DNA of 64,000 nt from a virus, in the IMG/VR virus record IMGVR_UViG_3300033996_001430, positions 10,837 to 74,836 of that record. One strand, 5' to 3'. The position numbers were made by a program, and so were the translations under genes. This document shows, one piece after another, positions 55,774 through 64,000 of this stretch. The notes below the pieces were generated by a model. That model saw nothing but the letters and a program-made list of their open reading frames with translations, was not told the DNA's origin and ran no database searches. The number at the start of each line of letters is the position of its first letter. Position 1 is the stretch's first letter.

Positions 55774-57176
55774 TCTTTCATTTTTTCTTTCAATACTCTC
55801 ACAAACTCATTCTGAACCATCTTTGTAAATTTTACATAAGGTGAATCATCTGACTCAGCGTTATATTTGTATTTACCCTCAGGTGGTCGTTTAGATCTAC
55901 CTAAGTAAGATAACCCAGAAATATTTGTAATACATTTGTGACCACCGCTATTAGATTGAATAAGGTCCCAAGCGTTCACACTAATTGAATCTAACAATTT
56001 CATTTCTTCGTCTCTTAATTCACTGAATGGTTTTTTCATTATCTTATCAACATCATTAAGAATGTCCTCCCCATCAATCATTTTTTTAAATTCTTTACCA
56101 TATAACGCATTGAAATCTCTGAATGTAAAACCAACTGATTGCTCACCAAAATCTTTTCCCGATTCTGATATCCATTTGATTGTTGATAGAGGAATATCCT
56201 TGTCCTGTAATTGTGATTTCCACTTGTTTAACACCTCATCTTTAATCTCACCTAAGTTCACACCTTTAAGTGCCCTTTCTTTCTTAAATGGGTTACAAGA
56301 CGCTTGTACCAACCCTAAAGGCCAAGCAATTACTAAGAAGTCAGCCTCAGGATTATTTCTGAATGGTGTATATCTATCGTAGGATCCTGGTTTCATCATA
56401 CTACCACCACCATACTGAACAATAACATTATCATCAACGTTAACATTCTTATGTGTCTTCATTGTTTGAACATAGTTCTCTTTGTTTTTTTCCAAAGATT
56501 CAACATCCGCATAGTTCTTTTCTTTTATCTGAGATCTGATGTTTAATAATATACTTAATAAAGATGGATTCGCATTCATTACAATATTTTCCAAGAACCC
56601 TGGTTTGTTTTTGAATGCCAACAATAACTTATTAGTTACCATACCCATTACCATTTTGTTTCTTTGTAAGGATTGATCTTTATCAACCTTAAACAAATAG
56701 TTCATTACTTCTTCAGGACTAATATCATGTTGAGCATAGTTTGCAGAATCTACAGTTGAAATCAAAGTAATATCATCTGTTGGGAAAATGTCTCTTGGAG
56801 ATACGGTTTGAGATATTGTTTCAACATTTGACCTTGAAGATTTAAAATTAGTTGCGGTACCTTGTTCAACACCAGCTTGTGTGTCGTGGTGATCCGTGTG
56901 AATAACAAACATTGGTTTACCATGAGCAAAGTCAACTAACACTGGCATAACATCACCTTCGGCATCTAATTTCTTAATCGCAAATTCCTTATCACCATAT
57001 TGGATAATCTCAGCGTCAACCACTTTTATACCGTTTTCTTCTAAGTAATTTTTCATACCCAACGCAGTGGTAACCCCATCTAAATCTTGGTGAAAGTATA
57101 TTTTAGCCTCAGGATATCTTCTGGATAATTCTCTGATATTTCTTATTCCCGATTCTGTTATTAATTTTTTATTCAT
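55770..57176 (-). CDS. DHH-family phosphoesterase with leader
   Basis: HQDLDG, VDF, DHH, GGH; MNKKLITES; TATTTATA 3 nt upstream. Confidence 0.75.
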   Translation of the reverse strand: MNKKLITESGIRNIRELSRRYPEAKIYFHQDLDGVTTALGMKNYLEENGIKVVDAEIIQYGDKEFAIKKLDAEGDVMPVLVDFAHGKPMFVIHTDHHDTQAGVEQGTATNFKSSRSNVETISQTVSPRDIFPTDDITLISTVDSANYAQHDISPEEVMNYLFKVDKDQSLQRNKMVMGMVTNKLLLAFKNKPGFLENIVMNANPSLLSILLNIRSQIKEKNYADVESLEKNKENYVQTMKTHKNVNVDDNVIVQYGGGSMMKPGSYDRYTPFRNNPEADFLVIAWPLGLVQASCNPFKKERALKGVNLGEIKDEVLNKWKSQLQDKDIPLSTIKWISESGKDFGEQSVGFTFRDFNALYGKEFKKMIDGEDILNDVDKIMKKPFSELRDEEMKLLDSISVNAWDLIQSNSGGHKCITNISGLSYLGRSKRPPEGKYKYNAESDDSPYVKFTKMVQNEFVRVLKEKMKD

Positions 57177-57305
57177 ACTTATAAATATTTTTTGGGTATA
57201 AAAAATTAAAATTCACATATTGCGTGATCTCCAAACATATTGTCGTATTCGTCTTCCATGGTATTCAATTTATTATAAATACCATTAAAAACTAAAACTT
57301 CCACA

Positions 57306-58154
57306 TTATAGTGGAAGTTCTTTTATTTGTTCTAAAGCTTTAAAATAATTAATCCTTGTCTCAGCAATCTTTTTATAATTTTCACTTAATTCAATTCCTA
57401 ACCATCTACGTTCTAATATTTGAGCAGCTACTAATGTTGTTCCTGATCCAGCAAATGGGTCCAATATTACATCGTTTTTGTAGGATAGTATTTTAATCGC
57501 TTTGGTTGGTATATCCATGGAGAAAGTCGCCTTGGTGAGTGATTTAGTATCCGCAAAGTAATTCCACTGACCAAACACAAGTTCCATAAACTCTTTCTTA
57601 TCTTTTTCCTCATACACTACTTTTTTCTTTAATGTTCCATCTTCCTGTTCAATTTCAGTTGGAACTCCTTTCCATTGTGGTTCACCTTTAACTTTTTTGA
57701 TGTGATGTTTTTTGTAAGCTAAAATAACACATTCCTTTGGATTATAGATGTAAGGACTTGACGGTGACATCCAAGAACCCCACGCAGTAGTTTTAGATCT
57801 ATGTGGTGATTGTTCTTCCAAGTCAACAATACCAAAGAATCCAAATCCAATTTCCTTCATTATCTGATACATTTCAGAAACAAAGAAGATACGACCACCT
57901 TTCTTTTGTCTGTTAATCTCATAAGGAATGTTAAGAGCAATACGTCCATCGTCCTTCAATACGTTATACGCTTCGGTTAACCAATTCTTAGCAAATACCA
58001 AATACTCATCAAATTCAACATCATCATCGTGTACATCATACTCAATCCCAACCCCATAAGGTGGTGATGTTACGATTAAATCAACAGATCCTTCAGGTAA
58101 TTTTTTCATTACCTCAACACAATCTCCCTTTATAATTTTTCCTGTTTCTATCAT
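57306..58154 (-). CDS. DNA methyltransferase (N4-C/N6-A, beta class)
   Basis: TSPPY precedes DPFAGSGTT. Confidence 0.9.
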   Translation of the reverse strand: MIETGKIIKGDCVEVMKKLPEGSVDLIVTSPPYGVGIEYDVHDDDVEFDEYLVFAKNWLTEAYNVLKDDGRIALNIPYEINRQKKGGRIFFVSEMYQIMKEIGFGFFGIVDLEEQSPHRSKTTAWGSWMSPSSPYIYNPKECVILAYKKHHIKKVKGEPQWKGVPTEIEQEDGTLKKKVVYEEKDKKEFMELVFGQWNYFADTKSLTKATFSMDIPTKAIKILSYKNDVILDPFAGSGTTLVAAQILERRWLGIELSENYKKIAETRINYFKALEQIKELPL

Positions 58155-58155
58155 G

Positions 58156-59085
58156 TTATTTTTTATATTGTGTTTCTAAGTATTCAAATAAATTTAAAAA
58201 CTTTGGTATCTCACCTTTGGTTTTAAGATAATAATCCCTCATTTTTAAACAATTTAATCCGTATTTTCTATCGTGACCTAAACGATCCTCAACGTTTTTA
58301 ATTTTTACGTCTGTTGTTAAAATATAGGATATTTTATTTATAATGTCCAAGTTTGTTACCCTAAATGATGTACCGATATTAAATATAGTGTTAATAATCT
58401 CATCATCAAACATTAAATCACAGATTACTTTTACGTTATCGTAAACATACATCCATTCCCTAACTTGTTTACCATCACCATACACAGGAATTTCTTTACC
58501 TTCTTTAATTGATCTAGCGATTGTAGGTAAGAACTTTTCCTCAAATTGGTGTTCACCAAAGTTATTACAAGTTCTTGTAATAATATATGGTAAACCATAA
58601 GTTCTGTTAGCAGATAAAACTAACATATCAGATGCCGTTTTAGTTGCGGAATAATATGAACTAGGTTTTAAATTATCATCTTCAGTTGCCGTATGATTAC
58701 TTGAGAAGTGTTCGTCCATATCACCATAAACCTCATCGGTTGAAATATGAATAAACTTCTTTAACCTTTTATTATTTCTTGATATCTCTAAAAGGTTAAA
58801 AGTCCCTTCAACATTTGTTTTAACAAATGGAAGTCCGTTTGTGATTGAATTGTCAACATGAGATTCTGCTGCGAAGTGAACAATATAATCAAATTCACCT
58901 AATTCATCTGCGGTTACATCACAAATGTCTTTTTGTAAGAATGAAACATTATGTTTAATGTTCGTTTTACGTCCAGCATATGTCAGTTTATCAATACAAA
59001 GAACATCACATTCAAAGTTATCTAATAAGTAATTTATAAAAGCGGAACCTATAAAACCCGCACCTCCTGTTACTATTATTTTCAT
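58156..59085 (-). CDS. rmlB: dTDP-glucose 4,6-dehydratase
   Basis: TGGAGFIG, DKLTYAG, AAESHVD, STDEVYG, YSATK. Confidence 0.93.
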   Translation of the reverse strand: MKIIVTGGAGFIGSAFINYLLDNFECDVLCIDKLTYAGRKTNIKHNVSFLQKDICDVTADELGEFDYIVHFAAESHVDNSITNGLPFVKTNVEGTFNLLEISRNNKRLKKFIHISTDEVYGDMDEHFSSNHTATEDDNLKPSSYYSATKTASDMLVLSANRTYGLPYIITRTCNNFGEHQFEEKFLPTIARSIKEGKEIPVYGDGKQVREWMYVYDNVKVICDLMFDDEIINTIFNIGTSFRVTNLDIINKISYILTTDVKIKNVEDRLGHDRKYGLNCLKMRDYYLKTKGEIPKFLNLFEYLETQYKK

Positions 59086-59354
59086 TTTTTTTCTAATGTT
59101 TCTATATGATGTTCTAAGTACCATAAAGCTTTCTTAAGATCTTGTAATTCTTTATCCGAATCTTTCTTTCCCGCTCTTGATATATACTTTACCGTATTTC
59201 CTAATGAGAATCCTAATTCCCAAGCATCAATTACTTTGATTGCCTCATAAGGGTTATCTTCTCCTCCGTAATGTTGGGGGTGATTTACTTGTTCCATTTT
59301 TGGTGGAGGACACATACAAAGTACGTTAGCTCCACATACACATTCTTTTTCCAT
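59082..59354 (-). CDS. DUF3310 (SaV-like) protein
   Basis: VNHPQHY..EAI..GNTVKYISRAGKK..DLKKALWY. Confidence 0.85.
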   Translation of the reverse strand: MEKECVCGANVLCMCPPPKMEQVNHPQHYGGEDNPYEAIKVIDAWELGFSLGNTVKYISRAGKKDSDKELQDLKKALWYLEHHIETLEKK

Positions 59355-59930
59355 TTATTTTATTTTTTTTACAGGTACACCCACGTATGTTCCAGATTCC
59401 CCTATATGTTTAACCACCGCACCATTCATACCTATCGTAGTTAGAGAATGGATTGATAACTTTTCTTTAATTGTTGAATTATTTCCTAAATATACAAGGT
59501 CATAAATTCTAACATTTCCTGATACTACCGATCCTGGCATTGCACTAAAAAAATCTCCAATCACACAATCATGTCCAATATGATTACCTCTATTTAATAT
59601 TGCGTGTTTACCAATTTTAATATTTGTTGTTAAAATAGAATTTGCCCCAATAAAACTACCTTCACCAATTTCAACATCATCCATTATTAATGCGGTTGGG
59701 TGTGCAAATGTGAAAAATCTTACACCCTTAGGTAGTCTTTGGATTGTATCGTACCTATCTCTTGGATCCGCAATAGCAACCATTACCTCATATTTCTCTA
59801 TATCTAATTCAGATAATGGTAATGTATCATTACTCATATATTGATCATCGACAAACCTAACGAGTTTGATTCCCATTTGAGCCATCACTTCTCTTGCGTG
59901 ACCACCATTACCAATTAGTGCTTTAATCAT
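59355..59930 (-). CDS. NeuD/PglD-family sugar acetyltransferase
   Basis: GNGGHAREV, HPTA, hexapeptide repeats, IGHD, GVP. Confidence 0.9.
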   Translation of the reverse strand: MIKALIGNGGHAREVMAQMGIKLVRFVDDQYMSNDTLPLSELDIEKYEVMVAIADPRDRYDTIQRLPKGVRFFTFAHPTALIMDDVEIGEGSFIGANSILTTNIKIGKHAILNRGNHIGHDCVIGDFFSAMPGSVVSGNVRIYDLVYLGNNSTIKEKLSIHSLTTIGMNGAVVKHIGESGTYVGVPVKKIK

Positions 59931-60571
59931 TGTTTATAAATGTCATATTTAGATAGATCAGGGTATGGTAACTCTAAATCTTGATTATGTCTCTTAGAAC
60001 CATCCAAATTATAAAACTGACTCATCATAAGTAATCCTCTCGCTGCCAACTCAGGCATCATATAAAAGTTCCACCCTAACATATCAAAATTATCATCATG
60101 ATATGAACATTCTCTTCTACCACTAAATCTCGCTCTTTTGAACCATAACATAGCCTTATGGTCATCAGTTAAAATTGCACCACCCTTACTAAGTTTTAAT
60201 GTTTTATATGGTCCTGTGAATGAAAGACACATATGTGATTTTGGAATATACATATCGGCAGTAAAACTCAATGCGGAATCCCAAACATTACTTGGTGATA
60301 GTTGGTACGCCCCTTTAATCATATCTCCGACAACAGGAGTAAAATTAACTTTAAAACCAGCGTGAATTATTTCACAAGGAACCGAAGGGTAAGTTTTAGA
60401 TGGACAATCTATCATATCCGTATCCAAACTTTTCTTTATATTTTTTTCATAATATAACGCCAAAAATAAAGCGTTACTCATATTATCCAATGCAATAGCG
60501 TATGGTGATCCCGTGTAATCACACAACGCTTTTTCAAAATCTTCTGTTATTTTGTGTACTCCGTTTGCCAT
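59927..60571 (-). CDS. shortened DegT/DnrJ/EryC1/StrS aminotransferase
   Basis: FE..L..Y.G, WDSA, LSF..YK..GGAILTDD, GWNFYM. Confidence 0.8.
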   Translation of the reverse strand: MANGVHKITEDFEKALCDYTGSPYAIALDNMSNALFLALYYEKNIKKSLDTDMIDCPSKTYPSVPCEIIHAGFKVNFTPVVGDMIKGAYQLSPSNVWDSALSFTADMYIPKSHMCLSFTGPYKTLKLSKGGAILTDDHKAMLWFKRARFSGRRECSYHDDNFDMLGWNFYMMPELAARGLLMMSQFYNLDGSKRHNQDLELPYPDLSKYDIYKQ

Positions 60572-60590
60572 ACGTATTCTAACTTAACTT

Positions 60591-60773
60591 TCATTTATTT
60601 TTATTTATATAATTTGTTATTTCTTTCTTGTCTTTTCCTTCAGTAAACATCCTATAGACATTACGTGAAAATTCATCCGTACACAACACTGCGTCGGTAT
60701 TTAAATAAGTCATAATATCATTTAAGTGAATAAGAATATTTTCTTTCTTTAAAAATCTTTTGTTAAAACCCAT
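60591..60773 (-). CDS. small hypothetical protein
   Basis: MGFNKRF; in operon. Confidence 0.7.
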   Translation of the reverse strand: MGFNKRFLKKENILIHLNDIMTYLNTDAVLCTDEFSRNVYRMFTEGKDKKEITNYINKNK

Positions 60774-60775
60774 GT

Positions 60776-61564
60776 TTAATCTTCTAAAAATTCTTTTTCT
60801 ATTTTCTTATCCTCTTGATCATTATTGTAATTTCTTGCTTGATTAATTAACATTATTGTTTTTCTTTTGAATAACGGTAATAAGGTTTCTTCAATTGGGA
60901 AATCACCTTTACTAATCATTTCTAATACCGGTAATTTTGTTCTGTTTTCAGTATCAGAAAATGTAGTTATTATTTTTGGTATTGTCAATTTGGTTTTATC
61001 ATCACAATAAATTAATTTAACACTTGTCTTACTTTCAGGTGATTTTTTTGCTGCCGGAGATACCCCATATTCCCAAACATAATACTTGTTGTCTCTTTTA
61101 TCCAAATGGAAGAAGAAACCTTTGTTGGATAAAATTTCCTTTTTGTTCTTCCTGTATTTTGTTTCAATACTATCAAAAACTATTGTCCATACAGATTTTG
61201 CAATGTTGAAGTACTCCAACATTCTTGGTGCAGTGTATTGTAAAATTTTTGTAAACTCCTCATACTCATCAGATGACATATCAGGAACATTTTTAATTTT
61301 AAGGTCCTTAACTAATAATTCGTCGTCAACTGAATTGAATTTCTTATTCGTATATATGATTTTCTTATCTCTGATAAGTGTTTGTATGTTTGCTAAATGT
61401 AATGATAATTCTATAAATCCAGGGTAAAGTTCCATGTTATCTAACTTTTGTCCCATACGTTGGAAATATGATAATAACTTATATTCTTTATGTTCCCTAT
61501 CAATTGGCCTTTCAAACATCCAATCGGTGTCCATTACAAATTCTATTTTTTTATTTCTTGCCAT
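60776..61564 (-). CDS. hypothetical protein
   Basis: DREHKEYKLLSY..LYP..ETLLP. Confidence 0.75.
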   Translation of the reverse strand: MARNKKIEFVMDTDWMFERPIDREHKEYKLLSYFQRMGQKLDNMELYPGFIELSLHLANIQTLIRDKKIIYTNKKFNSVDDELLVKDLKIKNVPDMSSDEYEEFTKILQYTAPRMLEYFNIAKSVWTIVFDSIETKYRKNKKEILSNKGFFFHLDKRDNKYYVWEYGVSPAAKKSPESKTSVKLIYCDDKTKLTIPKIITTFSDTENRTKLPVLEMISKGDFPIEETLLPLFKRKTIMLINQARNYNNDQEDKKIEKEFLED

Positions 61565-61605
61565 TAAACATAAACATAATAATATAATTGTATTCTGTAA
61601 AGGTA

Positions 61606-63141
61606 TTATTCAATTCTCATTACAACAAAAGTTGTATCGTTAACTAAATCTGTATCATATGAACCATCATACCCATTTATTGAACCATAATCACCATCAT
61701 TAACTAAACTTTCCAGTAATGATCTTTTATTAACAAAATTTTCAAGTTCATCACCCATATCATTTAACCAACTTGCCGGGTCATCTCTAATTTCTTGTAA
61801 CTTATCATCAACCGCTTCTTCAACCTCATCATCATTTAAATCACCATCAGGATAATCTTTTATATCTTGTATTTCAACATCAATGTCTTCTATTTCACTT
61901 TCAATTTCATCAATCCTTGAGTCATTATCCGATTCATGTTCACCATCTTCATCCTCATCTTCATAGTATACTTCATCAACTTTTTTACCGTTTTGGTAAA
62001 TTTGCCATTTATTTTCAGACCATTCAACAATTAATAAATTATCCATATAATCTTTAAACTTAAAGTACTTCATGCTTTCAATCTCTTCCTCAATAAGAGG
62101 AGATCTAGCACCATTTTTAATCAAATACGTTTCTATCTCAAGAGACCTTTTTTTGTTATTTAATTGTTCAATTTCTTTATCTTGTCTGAGACTAGTTTCT
62201 TTAGTAACACCATAATTGTCAGGATCTTCAGTAACCCATTCACGAATCATATCTTCATAATAATCCGCAACATCATCACCATCAATATGGTCCGATAAAG
62301 TACTTCTACTAAAATTATTTAAATCGTTTATCATTTCTTCATAATACTCTTCCACAGAGCTATCAGCATCACGTTCAGTTCCAACCGCATAAATATTACC
62401 CCCACTATCATCATGTACGGATCTAAATGTATCCATATCGTAATGTTTACCGTCAGGTATTAAATCATACACATCGTTATCATTTCCTTTAAGTCTATCT
62501 ATATCATCTTGAAGATCACTACGTTCCATATCCAATTCGTCAAGAACCTCAGGATCTTCCTCGTTATCTATCCTTTCCTCAAGTTCCTCCATTCTTTTTT
62601 CAAATTCTTTTAATTCTTCGCGTTCTGAATCAGTTAAATATCCAATATCTCCCTGTTGGGTCATATATTCAAATACCACATTTGCCATTATACCTTCTTT
62701 ATCAATTTCAGGATTATCTAAGTTCCACTCATCATCTTCTCGTCTTTGTTTCGCCTCTTGTCTCAAAGCCATTTCTTTTCTTCTCTCAAGTTCTATGCTA
62801 TATGGTGTGTCCCAATAACTAAAAGTACCACCAACTGTAATACCCTCAATACTTACAATACCTGAGGAACGAACATTTAAATTACCAGTTACGATTAACT
62901 CACCCAAATTAGTTATTTGTTTTAAACCCATTAAGGATAAGTTACCATTTACTCTTATTTTTTTACCTCTAAAGTCAGGAAACTTAGGAATGGCCTGTGC
63001 CTTATAGTTAACAGACTTTAATAGATCCATATATTCTTCTGGAGTGAAATCTTCATATTCAACATTATCATCTTGTTCAATAATAATATTCTTTATTAAT
63101 CCAATTAATTCACCCTCATTAATTCTAACAACTTTTTTCAT
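61606..63141 (-). CDS. acidic coiled-coil protein with leader (start revised to MKKVVRINE)
   Basis: TATTTAT upstream of 63141; LIKNIIIEQ. Confidence 0.8.
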   Translation of the reverse strand: MKKVVRINEGELIGLIKNIIIEQDDNVEYEDFTPEEYMDLLKSVNYKAQAIPKFPDFRGKKIRVNGNLSLMGLKQITNLGELIVTGNLNVRSSGIVSIEGITVGGTFSYWDTPYSIELERRKEMALRQEAKQRREDDEWNLDNPEIDKEGIMANVVFEYMTQQGDIGYLTDSEREELKEFEKRMEELEERIDNEEDPEVLDELDMERSDLQDDIDRLKGNDNDVYDLIPDGKHYDMDTFRSVHDDSGGNIYAVGTERDADSSVEEYYEEMINDLNNFSRSTLSDHIDGDDVADYYEDMIREWVTEDPDNYGVTKETSLRQDKEIEQLNNKKRSLEIETYLIKNGARSPLIEEEIESMKYFKFKDYMDNLLIVEWSENKWQIYQNGKKVDEVYYEDEDEDGEHESDNDSRIDEIESEIEDIDVEIQDIKDYPDGDLNDDEVEEAVDDKLQEIRDDPASWLNDMGDELENFVNKRSLLESLVNDGDYGSINGYDGSYDTDLVNDTTFVVMRIE

Positions 63142-63224
63142 ATTACAATAAATATTTAATGGTTTACAAAATATGAAACTTCTCTGATATTTATAATTAA
63201 ATAAACCTATTAAAAACAAATATT

Positions 63225-63365
63225 ATGGGATGCGGATGTAAGAATAAAGCAAATCAACAAAATGCTCAGTCACCTCAACAAGCTCCACAACAACCAGCGG
63301 CGAATCAATCTACGGTTCAAGAGTCGGTAAAGAAAATTGTTGAGAAGTATTACAACAAAAAGTAA
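63225..63365 (+). CDS. small MGCGCK protein (46 aa, not in ORF track)
   Basis: MGCGCKNKANQQ..QESVKKIVEKYYNKK; TATTTATA upstream and terminator downstream. Confidence 0.7.
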   Translation: MGCGCKNKANQQNAQSPQQAPQQPAANQSTVQESVKKIVEKYYNKK

Positions 63366-63387
63366 TCGGTGATTGGTTAAAAAGTTG

Positions 63388-63415
63388 AGGTGGGAAGTAT
63401 TTTCCACCTTTTTTT
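63388..63415 (+). terminator. intrinsic terminator
   Basis: AGGTGG(G)AA/TTCCACCT plus T tract. Confidence 0.7.
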
Positions 63416-63428
63416 ATATTTATATATT

Positions 63429-64000
63429 ATGAATGATATTGAAGAATTAATAGAAGAATTTAACGAAGGTAATTGGGATAATATATCCAAAATATTCAAT
63501 AATAGAATTGAGGTGTTTTTAAGTTTTATACTTAGAAAGGGTTTAATTGATGAATTAGATTTATCTAACATACCTTATGATAACGCACCCTCATTTGACT
63601 TTTTAGTTAAAACAAAAATTTTAGATAGTTTTGAATATAAAAATATACCAGAAATTCTTGAGAATGATTTTCTATTATATAAAATACAACAGGATCCTGA
63701 AGTTTGGTTAGAATGGATAACCGGAAAAATTCTAACTGACGTTGAGAGAAGATCGGATGGTTATTACCTATTCTTAAGAGACCGTACAGAACTTGCCGAA
63801 CTATTTGATGATCGTGGTCGCGATGCTACGGCAAAAGATGTCGCACAACGTGTATTAAGTGAAGATTACTGGGAAGATTTCTATGATTCAACTAATGATG
63901 TTTATACGGATGTAATTGAAGAATTAGATGTTGAAAATGTTATAAAATTAAGAAATTATATATTCAGAGAAATTGGTAATGTTGAGTTTTCATTAGATAA
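63429..64000 (+). CDS. hypothetical protein, truncated by window edge
   Basis: open frame MNDIEELIEEFNEG.. runs to window end; TATTTATA 4 nt upstream. Confidence 0.8.
   Translation, partial: MNDIEELIEEFNEGNWDNISKIFNNRIEVFLSFILRKGLIDELDLSNIPYDNAPSFDFLVKTKILDSFEYKNIPEILENDFLLYKIQQDPEVWLEWITGKILTDVERRSDGYYLFLRDRTELAELFDDRGRDATAKDVAQRVLSEDYWEDFYDSTNDVYTDVIEELDVENVIKLRNYIFREIGNVEFSLD

Noticed and set aside
418-57187. T4-type late promoter TATAAATA
   Set aside because: The octamer lies on the antisense strand of its genes; the sense motif is TATTTATA for both plus- and minus-strand genes.
57207-57260. 17-aa ORF MEDEYDNMFGDHAICEF behind a TATTTATA motif
   Set aside because: Too short to support as a gene without conservation data.
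1314-63571. Other track ORFs lying opposite or inside larger genes (e.g. 1314, 2015, 3207, 10493, 23137, 43501, 51627, 52455, 56062, 61086, 63377)
   Set aside because: They overlap better-supported genes, often have non-ATG starts and show no recognisable motifs.
1-64000. Alternative genetic code (stop-codon reassignment)
   Set aside because: Conserved enzymes are full length in code 11, and TAA, TAG and TGA all end genes at tight junctions.

Overview
AT-rich, densely coded, mostly minus-strand segment of a large tailed-phage genome. The host is most likely Bacteroidota: TAnnTTTG promoters are common and there are no Shine-Dalgarno sites. No capsid, terminase or DNA polymerase gene is in the window. 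Recognisable genes: thyA, clpP, rmlB, rmlC, a DegT-type aminotransferase, an acetyltransferase, glycosyl- and methyltransferases, a DNA methyltransferase, a DenV-like glycosylase, a NUDIX hydrolase, a DHH phosphoesterase, an RNA/tRNA repair set (RNA ligase, PNK-like kinase, CCA enzyme, HAD and metallophosphoesterases), two homing endonucleases and several peptidoglycan-binding or lytic proteins. Three structures go beyond the gene list. (1) A CRISPR-like array of 25 repeats of 36 nt with 24 unrelated ~30-nt spacers (33510-35129) lies entirely in frame inside a 632-aa ORF, with no cas gene in the window. (2) About 27 unrelated proteins share an N-terminal leader ending in (I/L)-x-E and mostly sit behind a TATTTATA motif, whereas genes behind the host-type TAnnTTTG motif lack the leader; I infer a late-expressed, capsid-loaded, protease-matured cargo system. 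(3) Two tRNA-like genes have near-identical acceptor and T arms but aberrant anticodon arms and lie next to unassigned structured RNAs. All calls come from motif recognition by eye; no searches were run.
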